Source: Sphingomonadales bacterium
GTDB lineage: Bacteria > Bacteroidota > Bacteroidia > UBA7662
DNA length: 64,000 nt
Assembly: GCA_016872215.1 (NCBI GenBank)
Contig: VHAX01000005.1
Span: forward strand, 12,542 to 76,541
Direction: 5' to 3'
A program made the position numbers and the translations under genes. A model generated the notes under the pieces. It ran no database searches and was not told where the DNA came from. It saw only the letters and a program-made list of their open reading frames with translations. The stretch's first letter is position 1. Every line of letters starts with the position of its first letter. Positions 17,011 to 26,760 of this stretch are shown piece after piece.

Positions 17011-19395
17011 ATGAAATATTCCATAAACCATGCCACCGTGCTCGGATCGGGCATCATGGGATCACGCATCGCTTGTCACCTTGCCGGCGTGGGCATACCA
17101 GTTCTTCTACTCGACCGCGTGTATGAAGCCGCTCCGGATGCGCCAGCCGGCATCCCCGTCAACCGAAACCAGATTGTTGAGGACTCTCTCCAAGCCGCCA
17201 TCAAGAGCAGCCCCTCCCCGCTTTATCACTCTTCATTCGCCAAACGCATACAAACCGGCAATTTTGAAGATAATTTGGGGGGAATCGGTCAGAGTGATTG
17301 GATTGTTGAAGTCATCGTAGAGCATCTTCCGGCCAAACAGCAGTTGTTTCATAAAATCGAGCCCCATCGTAAGGCAGGGAGCATCATTTCATCGAATACC
17401 TCCGGCATCCCCATACAATTGATGAACGCCGGAAGAACAGAGGATTTCCGTCGTCATTTCTGTGGAACCCATTTTTTCAACCCGCCCCGCTATCTGAAGC
17501 TGCTGGAGATTATTCCTGGTCCGGATACCGACCCATGGGTGGTCGACTTTATGCTGGATTTTGGATCACGCATTTTGGGAAAGACAACGGTTCTTGCCCG
17601 CGATACGCCCGCATTCATCGCTAACCGTATGGGTGTGTTCGGTATAATGGCTCTGCTTAATACTATGGAACGGACCGGGCTCAACATCACAGCGGTCGAT
17701 CAATTGACCGGACCCCTTGCAGGGCGCCCCAAGTCGGCCACCTTCCGCACCTGTGATGTGGTGGGCATCGACACCCTCGCACGGGTGGCCAAAGGGGTCG
17801 CTGAGCATTGTGCAGACGACCCTGACAAACATCTGTTTTCCTTCCCGCCATTCCTCGAACACATGCTTGAACAGCAGTGGCTGGGGGATAAAACGGGACA
17901 GGGTTTCTACAAAAAAACGCGCTCAACCGATGGCGGAAAGAAAATTCTGGCCCTGAACCTGAAGTCACTCGAGTACGAGGAACAAGCCAAAACCAAGTTT
18001 CCCCTGCTCGACCCGATCCGACAGGAAGAGAACCTGACCAAACGACTGCCATTATTGGTACAGATGCCGGACCAGGCAGGCGAATTCTACCGCATCAATC
18101 TATCGCATATGTTTCGTTATGCTTCGCTGCACGCCATGGAAGTGGCGGAAGAATTGTATCGCATTGACGACGCTATGATGGCTGGATTCGGCTGGCAAAT
18201 GGGGCCCTTTGCGAGTTGGGACGCCGTTGGGGTGCAGCAAATGATTCAGCTGATGAAACTCTACGGCACTCCCCCCGCTATATGGGTCGATGAAATGTTG
18301 GACAGGGGATGTGATACCTTTTATCGTTTCACAGCGGAGGGCAAGGAGGTATACCAACCCTCCGCGGGAAGCTACTTGCCCGTCCCCGGAAGTCGCAGTG
18401 TCGTGCGCCTCGAGCTGCTGCGTGGCACAAATACCCTGTGGAAAAATGCAGGATGCAGTGTAATCGACATCGGCGAAGGCATATTAAATCTGGAGTTCCA
18501 CACCAAGATGAATACCCTAGGCAGTGAGATCATTTCGGGTTTTCACCAGGCTGTTAACCGTGCCGAAAAGGATTTCAGGGGATTGGTGATCGGCAACGAA
18601 GGAGAAGTATTTTCGGCTGGAGCCAACCTCGGAATGGTATTTATGCTGGCTGTAGAGCAGGAATACGAAGAATTGGACATGGCGATCCGGGCATTTCAGC
18701 AATTCACCATGCGCGCCCGCTATAGTTCCATTCCGGTTGTGGTGGCCCCGAGGGGACTCACACTGGGTGGGGGTTGCGAATTGACGTTGCACGCGGATGC
18801 GGTACAGGCCGCGGCCGAGACCTATATCGGACTCGTGGAATTGGGAGTTGGTGTCATTCCGGGAGGCGGGGGTACCAAAGAAATGGCGCTTCGGATCTCG
18901 GACCGCCTGCAAACCGGAGAAGTGCCCTACGCGCCCCTCCAAAAGGCCTTTATGAACATCGCCACCGCCAAAGTGGCCACTTCTGCCTATGAGGCATTTG
19001 ACCTCGATTATCTGCGAAGGGGCGACCGGATTTCAGTGAATGAGCGCACCCACCTGACGGAAGCCCGTCAGCTGGCCATCGATCTGGCGGAAGCTGGCTA
19101 CTGCAAGCCAGCGCCACGCAAGGATGTAATGGTGCAGGGACGAGGCGGAATGGCGCTCTTCATGGCGGGAATCAATGGAATGAGAATGGGAAATTACATC
19201 TCCGATCACGACCGCAAGGCAGCTACCAAGCTGGCCTATGTCATTTGCGGTGGAGATTTGTCGCAGCCCCAGCCGGTCTCCGAACAATACCTCCTCGATC
19301 TCGAAAGAGAAGCCTTCCTATCACTGCTCGGTGAAAAAAAGACCCTCGAACGCATACAATCCGTACTCAAAACTGGCAAACCTCTCCGAAACTAA
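17011..19395 (+). CDS. fadN: 3-hydroxyacyl-CoA dehydrogenase / enoyl-CoA hydratase (FadN-like)
   Basis: VLGSGIMGS, SSNTSG, GTHFFNPPRY, C-terminal crotonase FSAGANL and GGGCE. Confidence 0.92.
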   Translation: MKYSINHATVLGSGIMGSRIACHLAGVGIPVLLLDRVYEAAPDAPAGIPVNRNQIVEDSLQAAIKSSPSPLYHSSFAKRIQTGNFEDNLGGIGQSDWIVEVIVEHLPAKQQLFHKIEPHRKAGSIISSNTSGIPIQLMNAGRTEDFRRHFCGTHFFNPPRYLKLLEIIPGPDTDPWVVDFMLDFGSRILGKTTVLARDTPAFIANRMGVFGIMALLNTMERTGLNITAVDQLTGPLAGRPKSATFRTCDVVGIDTLARVAKGVAEHCADDPDKHLFSFPPFLEHMLEQQWLGDKTGQGFYKKTRSTDGGKKILALNLKSLEYEEQAKTKFPLLDPIRQEENLTKRLPLLVQMPDQAGEFYRINLSHMFRYASLHAMEVAEELYRIDDAMMAGFGWQMGPFASWDAVGVQQMIQLMKLYGTPPAIWVDEMLDRGCDTFYRFTAEGKEVYQPSAGSYLPVPGSRSVVRLELLRGTNTLWKNAGCSVIDIGEGILNLEFHTKMNTLGSEIISGFHQAVNRAEKDFRGLVIGNEGEVFSAGANLGMVFMLAVEQEYEELDMAIRAFQQFTMRARYSSIPVVVAPRGLTLGGGCELTLHADAVQAAAETYIGLVELGVGVIPGGGGTKEMALRISDRLQTGEVPYAPLQKAFMNIATAKVATSAYEAFDLDYLRRGDRISVNERTHLTEARQLAIDLAEAGYCKPAPRKDVMVQGRGGMALFMAGINGMRMGNYISDHDRKAATKLAYVICGGDLSQPQPVSEQYLLDLEREAFLSLLGEKKTLERIQSVLKTGKPLRN

Positions 19396-19401
19396 CCGAT
19401 T

Positions 19402-20577
19402 ATGAATGCTTATATAGTAGCAGGATTCCGCACCGCTGTTGGCAAGGCCGGCAAGGGTGGATTTCGATTTATGCGGCCGGATGATCTTGCCGCAAAGGTC
19501 ATTCTACATCTCCTCGCCGAAACTCCCGAGCTTGATCCACTTCGGGTAGACGATCTCATTGTTGGAAACGCTGTTCCAGAGGCTGAACAAGGCATGCAAA
19601 TGGGCAGAATGATTGCCTTGTTGTCGCTGCCAAGGGAAGTGCCGGGAATGATAATCAATCGCTATTGCGGGTCGGGATTAGAAGCAATCGCCTTGGCCTC
19701 TGCCCGCATTCATTCGGGACAGGCCGACTGCATCATCGCCGGTGGCACCGAATCGATGAGCCTGGTGCCTGTTATGGGGTGGAAAACGGCCCTCAACTAC
19801 GACATCGCTGCATCGCACGCCGATTACTACACTAGTATGGGACTCACCGCAGAGGAGGTTGCCCGGGAGTACGGCATTGCCCGGGATGAACAGGATCAAT
19901 TCGCGCTGGAATCGCACCGAAAGGCTATTGAAGCAATCGAATCAGGACGTTTTCGGCAAGAAATTGTGCCTGTAGAGGTGGAGGAAATCTATGTGGACGA
20001 GCGTGGTCGCAAGAATCGTCGTAGTTGGGTGGTGGATACTGATGAAGGTCCGAGAAAGGATACGACCACCGAAGCACTGGCGCGCTTGAAGCCTGCGTTT
20101 GCTCAGGGTGGTACAGTCACAGCAGGGAATTCATCGCAGACCTCCGACGGTGCCGCCTTCGTGATCCTGATGTCGGACCGGATGGTGAATGAACTCAACC
20201 TCAAACCCGTGGCACGCATGTTGTCGTATGCAACACGGGGAGTGGAACCCCGACTAATGGGCATGGGACCGGTGGCGGCTATCCCTCTGGCACTGAAGCA
20301 AGCCGGTCTGAGTCTACAAGACATTGAACAAATTGAACTGAATGAAGCCTTCGCAGCCCAAGCCCTCGGTGTAATTCGTACGCTGGATCTGGATACGAAC
20401 CGCATCAACCCCAACGGTGGTGCCATTGCTCTTGGCCATCCACTGGGTTGCTCCGGTGCGAAGCTGAGCATTCAGTTATTCAATGAAATGCGGCGACGCA
20501 AACAACGCTACGGGCTGGTAAGTGCCTGCGTGGGCGGTGGTCAGGGCGTAGCCGGCGTATTCGAGCGACTCTCATAA
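19402..20577 (+). CDS. fadA: Acetyl-CoA C-acyltransferase (3-ketoacyl-CoA thiolase)
   Basis: NRYCGSG, NEAFA, GHPLGCSG and CVGGGQG motifs. Confidence 0.95.
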   Translation: MNAYIVAGFRTAVGKAGKGGFRFMRPDDLAAKVILHLLAETPELDPLRVDDLIVGNAVPEAEQGMQMGRMIALLSLPREVPGMIINRYCGSGLEAIALASARIHSGQADCIIAGGTESMSLVPVMGWKTALNYDIAASHADYYTSMGLTAEEVAREYGIARDEQDQFALESHRKAIEAIESGRFRQEIVPVEVEEIYVDERGRKNRRSWVVDTDEGPRKDTTTEALARLKPAFAQGGTVTAGNSSQTSDGAAFVILMSDRMVNELNLKPVARMLSYATRGVEPRLMGMGPVAAIPLALKQAGLSLQDIEQIELNEAFAAQALGVIRTLDLDTNRINPNGGAIALGHPLGCSGAKLSIQLFNEMRRRKQRYGLVSACVGGGQGVAGVFERLS

Positions 20578-20590
20578 ACTTACAATACCC

Positions 20591-22414
20591 ATGGAACCTG
20601 TTAAAACCCCCAAAACATCCCCCAAATCCGTCCGTGTGGGCGGCTCCTTTTTGTTCCACACCCCCGCCCCAGCGGATGTATTCATCCGTGAAGATTTTTC
20701 CGAGGAGCAGCTGATGATGCTCCAGGCCACCCGCGATTTTATGAAAACCGAAGTGGAGCCACACCTGGCACGCTTTGAGGAAAGCGACTACCCGCTGGTG
20801 GAGGCGCTGATGAAGAAGGCGGGTGAACTCGGCTTGTTGTCGATCAGCGTGCCCCAGGCATATGGAGGTTTGGGAATGGGTTTCAATACAGCTATGCTCG
20901 TATGTGAAGAAATCAGCAGCCTGACAGGTTCATTGGCCACGGCTTTCGGTGCGCATACCGGTATCGGCACCCTTCCTGTTCAGTATTACGGAAGCGATTA
21001 CATCCTCCAAAAGTTCCTGCCCAAGGTGGCAAGTGGGGAATGGATTTCATGCTATAATCTCACCGAGCCCAACGCGGGCAGCGATGCCAATTCAGGCAAG
21101 ACACAGGCTGTTCTGAATGCAGCGGGCACCCACTATGAGATAACTGGACAAAAAATATGGATCAGCAACGCCGGGTTTGCAGATGTATTTATTGTGTTTG
21201 CGCGTATTGAGAATGATAAGAATCTGACAGGATTTGTCTTTCATAAGGATGAGGTGACGGGTTTAACCCTCAACCAGGAAGAGCACAAACTGGGCATTCG
21301 GTCCTCATCAACGCGACAGGTATTCTATGACAAAGTATCGATTCCGGTAGACCAGATGTTGGGGCCGCGTGACGGGGGTTTCAAGATTGCGGTGAATGTA
21401 CTGAATGCGGGGCGCATCAAATTGGGTGCCGCCGTGTTGGGGGCCTGCTTTAAGGTAATCGGTTTCGCCGCTGCCTATGCCAATGAACGCAGGCAGTTTG
21501 GCAAGCCCATATCGCGCTATGGGGCCATACAGCAGAAGTTTGCCGATATGTCGATGCTCGCATATGGTGCCGATTCGGCTTTGTATAGGGCTGGACAGGA
21601 TATCGAGGATCTGCAAAATGAACTTATGGCGTCGGGTATGGACGAGGCTACCGCCAAATTAAAGGGTATGGAACAATACGCCGTGGAGTGCGCGATTTTG
21701 AAGGTATTTTGTTCGGAGGCCATTGCCCTGGTGGTTGATGAGGGGGTTCAGATTTATGGGGGTATGGGCTACTCGGCCGACACACCCATGGAGGCGGCCT
21801 ACCGCGATGCCCGCATCAGCCGAATCTACGAGGGTACCAATGAAATCAATCGTATGCTGATTGTGGATATGCTGATGCGAAAGGCCATAAAGGGGGAACT
21901 AAACCTGTTCGGGGCTGCGAAGAAGGTGGCTGCGGAACTGATGGAAATACCCGATTTTGGCGCCACATCTCCGGAAGGTTATTTAGAGGACGAAATGCAG
22001 GTGTTGGAGAAGCTCAAAAAGGCGGTGCTGATGGTGGCTGGCGCTGCGGCACAGAAGTATCAGGCCAAACTGGCCGATGAGCAGGAGATTTTGATGCACC
22101 TGGCGGATATGGCCATTGAGATTTATGTGTTGGAATCAGCACTGCTGCGCACCATCAAATTACAGGAGCGCTGGGGCGCAGAAGTTTGTGCCGAACGATA
22201 TGGCATGACAATCTGCCTGCTGCACCGTGCGGCAGATTCTTGTAATCGCCACGGCCGTGAAGTAATTTATGCGTTATCCGAGGGCGATGAGCAGCGGATG
22301 ATGCTGTTGGGCCTCAAGCGTTTTTCTCGTGTGGAGCCTGTTGATTTGAGGACCCTGCGCCGCAAAGTTGCCGAAGTTGTCTTGTCGCAGAATAAATACC
22401 CCTTCGCCACATAG
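20591..22414 (+). CDS. fadE: Acyl-CoA dehydrogenase (long form, FadE-like)
   Basis: LTEPNAGSDA, GQKIWISNA, QIYGGMGY and RIYEGTNEI motifs. Confidence 0.92.
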   Translation: MEPVKTPKTSPKSVRVGGSFLFHTPAPADVFIREDFSEEQLMMLQATRDFMKTEVEPHLARFEESDYPLVEALMKKAGELGLLSISVPQAYGGLGMGFNTAMLVCEEISSLTGSLATAFGAHTGIGTLPVQYYGSDYILQKFLPKVASGEWISCYNLTEPNAGSDANSGKTQAVLNAAGTHYEITGQKIWISNAGFADVFIVFARIENDKNLTGFVFHKDEVTGLTLNQEEHKLGIRSSSTRQVFYDKVSIPVDQMLGPRDGGFKIAVNVLNAGRIKLGAAVLGACFKVIGFAAAYANERRQFGKPISRYGAIQQKFADMSMLAYGADSALYRAGQDIEDLQNELMASGMDEATAKLKGMEQYAVECAILKVFCSEAIALVVDEGVQIYGGMGYSADTPMEAAYRDARISRIYEGTNEINRMLIVDMLMRKAIKGELNLFGAAKKVAAELMEIPDFGATSPEGYLEDEMQVLEKLKKAVLMVAGAAAQKYQAKLADEQEILMHLADMAIEIYVLESALLRTIKLQERWGAEVCAERYGMTICLLHRAADSCNRHGREVIYALSEGDEQRMMLLGLKRFSRVEPVDLRTLRRKVAEVVLSQNKYPFAT

Positions 22415-22428
22415 GGGAAACTATTTAG

Positions 22429-22471
22429 GCAGTGCATGGGCTTTGGAAAAACCCTTGTGATTGCGTTTTTT
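22429..22471 (+). terminator. Possible terminator of the fad operon
   Basis: Imperfect stem GCAGTGCATGGG / CCCTTGTGATTGC followed by T6. Confidence 0.4.
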
Positions 22472-22532
22472 GTGTTAGAATATGGAGGGAATAGTTGTGC
22501 CCACTTGTGTGAATGGAGCAAGCTTGACCAAA

Positions 22533-23633
22533 CTATGATTTCGAACGCGCTCTGGAAGTTACACTGAATTGGTGGGTGGTGCCCGACAAAGTGTGGGCCG
22601 TGCGGCTGTAGTCGAGCCGAAATCGCTTGGTATGCAATGCAAATCCCCATGCAAATCCGCTGCTTCCGGAGCGCATGGGCAGGGTCAATTCCTTACGGCG
22701 CTGATGGTTGTAGGAGAACTGGAATTGCAGGTTTTTGGAGAGTAGCAACTCGCTTTGCAGCACGAAGTGACGAAATGTTTCGTCAAGCCAGGGTGTGCCG
22801 CTTTTTTGGGATTCTGCCTCCTCGGTAAATAAAAGCTGCGGGTTGTACCAGGTGTCGGACGGATCAGAATAGCGTAGATTCCAGTTGTGCAGGTTATGCA
22901 TAACTAACCCCCAACGTAAAGGCATATGTTCAAGTCGGTTGGATATACTAAGTTGAACGTCTGATGGAAGTCTGCCATTGGTTGAAAGTGGGGAATATGA
23001 CCACAGCGTGGTACCAAAATTTCTGAATTGAAGAGCCAATTGGGTACGGCCGGAGGTGTCCTGCCAGCTGGCACCCATGTCGAGGGCTACCCCACCGGAG
23101 GAATAGCTGTAGAGGAATGATCCGATGTATTTGACCGAACCCCCTGCAGTGAATTGTTTCGCGAAACGGGTTCCCCATCCCCCTTGCAAAACAATTTCGT
23201 TGGCACTGAATTGGCCAAGGGAATTGCCAGTAGGATCAGTTCGTTCGAGTGAGCCGTAGTTGATGAATCCTGCAGAGTATAGAAATTTTCCCCTTGTTTT
23301 GGGTGATTCGCGTAGGGTCACAGCCTGACCGGCCCGGATATCGGATACGTAGTTAACCACGCTCAACCCAAGAAGTCCGGTTGGAGCGTCGGCAATGAGG
23401 GATGGGTGCCATGCCGAAAGGTGCACTTCGCTTTGGCTGACCGCTGGAGCCACGCCACCCAATGCATTCAGGCGGGCACTGGTGGGTAGATTCAGAAAAG
23501 TAAAAACGGTCGGCCTATTGGGTTGCCCTGCAACGGTTGAGACGTTCAATAAGCCGGTGAGGAGTAAGGCACAACCAAAAATGGAATATTGTATGAACTT
23601 TGGAGATGTAGATTGCCTTATAGTTTGCCTCAT
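22533..23633 (-). CDS. porQ: Type IX secretion system protein PorQ
   Basis: FLNLPTSARLNALGG, LEHMPLRW...HNL, YNHQRRKEL; beta-barrel pattern and signal peptide. Confidence 0.85.
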   Translation of the reverse strand: MRQTIRQSTSPKFIQYSIFGCALLLTGLLNVSTVAGQPNRPTVFTFLNLPTSARLNALGGVAPAVSQSEVHLSAWHPSLIADAPTGLLGLSVVNYVSDIRAGQAVTLRESPKTRGKFLYSAGFINYGSLERTDPTGNSLGQFSANEIVLQGGWGTRFAKQFTAGGSVKYIGSFLYSYSSGGVALDMGASWQDTSGRTQLALQFRNFGTTLWSYSPLSTNGRLPSDVQLSISNRLEHMPLRWGLVMHNLHNWNLRYSDPSDTWYNPQLLFTEEAESQKSGTPWLDETFRHFVLQSELLLSKNLQFQFSYNHQRRKELTLPMRSGSSGFAWGFALHTKRFRLDYSRTAHTLSGTTHQFSVTSRARSKS

Positions 23634-23634
23634 A

Positions 23635-24111
23635 TCAGGGTGCTTGTACTGGAATGGGGCCGAGTGTGAGTATGTTCGAGAAATTCCCCTTACGGTCGCG
23701 AAGACGAAGTGTTAGGCGGGCTGTGTCGACCACTACGCCCGGGCGGCGGTAGGTGGGCACAACTTTCAGATTTATTTCCCCGTATATCTGTTTTTTTTGT
23801 CCGGGCGGTGTCACATCGGGTAGTGAGAAGGGGTACACAACAGGTGGAAAAACCGGTACTCCCTGTCGTGTGTCGGTAACAGTAAAATCCGTATCGCCTG
23901 CTGCCTTTCCCAGATCGCCGTCACCATCCTCGTAATAGACCTTGAGGTATAGAGTATCCACACCCTCGCGAAGACTATCGGGATAAACTTCGAGCAGTCG
24001 AATGGCAGGCACTTCATCGAAATAGCCCGCTGGGTCGCAGGAATTGAACGCAATCAGTACCAGAACGGCCCATACTGTTCGTGGGAAACGAAATGTATAT
24101 GAAAACGACAT
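23635..24111 (-). CDS. Hypothetical lipoprotein
   Basis: Lipobox FNS-C and YEDGDGDLG motif; ends 1 bp before the porQ start. Confidence 0.75.
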   Translation of the reverse strand: MSFSYTFRFPRTVWAVLVLIAFNSCDPAGYFDEVPAIRLLEVYPDSLREGVDTLYLKVYYEDGDGDLGKAAGDTDFTVTDTRQGVPVFPPVVYPFSLPDVTPPGQKKQIYGEINLKVVPTYRRPGVVVDTARLTLRLRDRKGNFSNILTLGPIPVQAP

Positions 24112-24177
24112 CTTCGGAATTCTACCGAAAAAATGAGACATAAGCACAAAACTACAACTGCGGTAGTATTATTGCGC

Positions 24178-25218
24178 ATGCCCGAATCAAAATCAGGTAG
24201 AAATGGCTTACCGAATGAAGGGGTCGCTTGTATCGCCGTTTTGGAGCAATTGATTGACGGGTATCATTCGCCCACAAATCAGGAGGTGCTGAGCCTCTTC
24301 CGATTTCAAGCGCTGCACAACCGTGTTTATTCGGCTTATCTGAAGGCACTCAAGCTCAATCCCGAAGAGGTGCGCACTGTGAATGAAATCCCCTGTCTAC
24401 CCGTATCCCTGTTTCGCAACCACCGGGTGAAGAGTTGGAATTTTCGAAGCGATGCAGTCTGGAACAGCAGCGGCACCTCTTCCCAAATCCCGGCCCGACA
24501 TTTTGTGGATTCTTTGTCGCGCTTCCATCGGATCAGTCGCCGCATTTTTGAACAATGCTACGGCCCCTGTGTGGATTGGATTTTCATCGCCTTGCTCCCC
24601 TCTTATCTGGAGCGCCATAATTCGGGGCTGGTTTGCATGGTTGATGGACTCATGGCAGCGGGTGGTCACCCCTTGAATGGGTATTTTTTGTATGATCATC
24701 AATTATTGGCAGAACAGTACCGCCGGGCGTGCGATAGCCATCGGAGGATCATGCTATTTGGAGTGGGATTCGCCTTGTTGGATTTGGCCGATCGCAATTT
24801 GATCGAGATGCGGCCCAATGATGTGGTGGTTGAGACCGGGGGCATGAAAGGTCGCGGACAGGAATTGGTGCGTGAGGCGCTCCACGACCGCCTTTGTAAG
24901 GGCCTCAAAACAGAACGGATTCACACAGAATATGGGATGACGGAGCTTAGCTCATCCACTTACTCCTGTGGTTCGGGAAGGATGAGTCCCCCGCCATGGA
25001 TGAAAATTCGTATACAAAATCTGCACGATCCGCTGCAGAGTCTGGCCCCGGGCAAAACAGGAACAATAGATATTATTGACTTTGCAAACGTTCACAGTTG
25101 TAGTTTTATCAAAACTGATGACCTGGGTTGGGCGGAACCAAATGGTAACTTCCATGTGTCAGGTCGACGTGATGAAAGCGAATGGAGGGGGTGCAATCTG
25201 CTTTACCAGCTGGAATAA
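24178..25218 (+). CDS. LuxE-like acyl-protein synthetase / acyl transferase
   Basis: SSGTS, ETGGMKGR, EYGMTEL, SFIKTDDLG and RGCNLL motifs. Start uncertain. Confidence 0.85.
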   Translation: MPESKSGRNGLPNEGVACIAVLEQLIDGYHSPTNQEVLSLFRFQALHNRVYSAYLKALKLNPEEVRTVNEIPCLPVSLFRNHRVKSWNFRSDAVWNSSGTSSQIPARHFVDSLSRFHRISRRIFEQCYGPCVDWIFIALLPSYLERHNSGLVCMVDGLMAAGGHPLNGYFLYDHQLLAEQYRRACDSHRRIMLFGVGFALLDLADRNLIEMRPNDVVVETGGMKGRGQELVREALHDRLCKGLKTERIHTEYGMTELSSSTYSCGSGRMSPPPWMKIRIQNLHDPLQSLAPGKTGTIDIIDFANVHSCSFIKTDDLGWAEPNGNFHVSGRRDESEWRGCNLLYQLE

Positions 25219-25325
25219 GGCTATTTTGTATGAATCGTGTAGGGGAACCTCCGCCTGGCGACATCTAGCAACTCTTATTTGGTCATAATGACGTGCATGG
25301 TTATTTTTGACCGAGTTAAAAGGCT

Positions 25326-26678
25326 ATGAAAAAAATTATCATGCTCGGAATTGCAACCGTATTTGCTTTGTCTGGTTGCGAGACCACACCCCCTGCCGAG
25401 CCCCTGCCGACACCTTCACTCGAAAAAACGGTGATGTATGAAATTTATGTCCGAAATTTCTCGCCGGAGGGCACGTTCAGTGGGATTGTTCCGCGGCTTG
25501 ACTCCCTGAAAGCGATGGGTATCAACACCGTTTGGCTGATGCCCATTCACCCGGTGGGTAAGGAACGTCGGAAGGGTACATTTGGGTCGCCCTATTCTAT
25601 ACAGGACTACTACAAAGTGAATCCCGAGTTTGGAACCGAACTGGATTTTAAAGCACTGGTAGAGGCTTGTCACAACCGCGGCATGTATCTGATCATCGAC
25701 CTGGTGATCAACCACACGGCGTGGGACCACCCCTGGATAAAGGAACATCCTGATTGGTACACCCGCGGTGCTGGCGACACCATCATTCCGCCTGTGCCCG
25801 ACTGGTCGGATGTGGCTGATCTCAATTTTGAAGAGTCTGCACTTCAGGATGAACTCATCCGGATGATGAAGTTTTGGATTAAGGAGTACAACATCGATGG
25901 CTACCGTTGCGATGTTGCTATGATGGTGCCCGATGCATTTTGGCGTAAAAGCATCGCGAAAATCAGGAAAATCAAGCCATTGATCATGTTAGCGGAGGCC
26001 TCTGGCAAGGAGTTTCATGAGGCTGGTTTCGATTTTTCCTATGGCTGGGAATTGTACAAGACAATGAAGGATATTTATAAACTCGACTCCTCGGCTTCCT
26101 TGTTTGCAGAAACTGCAATTGTTGAGGGGTCGAAGGCGGTAAACAATGGTCGAATTCTGCGGTTCGTGACGAACCACGATGAAACGTCATGGGACGATGT
26201 GCCCTTGAATTTGTTTGGAGGCCCAGAGGGTTCACTCACAGCCTTCACGGCCAGTTGCATGCTGCCGTCTGTTCCCCTGTTGTATAACGGACAAGAAGTG
26301 GGGCATTCCACGAAAATGAATCTGTTTGAACACAGTCCCATCGACTGGAGGGCGAACCGGGATGTCACCCTCGAATACACACGTATATTGGATTTGTTCC
26401 GCACCCACCGGGTTCTTCAAGATAAGGCACTGCGTTTTTGGTTATCCGATCACCCAGATGCGGTGGGGTATACCAGAGGCAGCGGCAACGAGGCGGTGCA
26501 TGTTCTGGTGAACTTTCGCAACCGGGCAGTGGAGGTGGCTCTGCCTTCGGAATTGTCGACCAGCAGCTGGAAACTTTTGTTGGGCTCAACTCCTGCGTCT
26601 TCACCAGACCCGGCAGTTTCACCAACTCGTGTGACCCTTCCTCCCTATGCCAGATGCGTTTTTCAAACGGGTTCATAA
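25326..26678 (+). CDS. GH13 alpha-amylase family lipoprotein
   Basis: Lipobox LSG-C; DLVINH, DGYRCDVA, LAE and NHD catalytic regions. Confidence 0.92.
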   Translation: MKKIIMLGIATVFALSGCETTPPAEPLPTPSLEKTVMYEIYVRNFSPEGTFSGIVPRLDSLKAMGINTVWLMPIHPVGKERRKGTFGSPYSIQDYYKVNPEFGTELDFKALVEACHNRGMYLIIDLVINHTAWDHPWIKEHPDWYTRGAGDTIIPPVPDWSDVADLNFEESALQDELIRMMKFWIKEYNIDGYRCDVAMMVPDAFWRKSIAKIRKIKPLIMLAEASGKEFHEAGFDFSYGWELYKTMKDIYKLDSSASLFAETAIVEGSKAVNNGRILRFVTNHDETSWDDVPLNLFGGPEGSLTAFTASCMLPSVPLLYNGQEVGHSTKMNLFEHSPIDWRANRDVTLEYTRILDLFRTHRVLQDKALRFWLSDHPDAVGYTRGSGNEAVHVLVNFRNRAVEVALPSELSTSSWKLLLGSTPASSPDPAVSPTRVTLPPYARCVFQTGS

Positions 26679-26760
26679 GACTTATTTGGTTTTCATTCGA
26701 AAATTTGATTAATAATGTTCAATTTTAATTAAATAAATTTTTAATGTTATATTAATATAT

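Noticed and set aside
24178-25218. LuxE-like gene as a sign of bioluminescence
   Set aside because: No luxAB/luxC/luxD is nearby, and stand-alone LuxE-like genes are common in Bacteroidota.
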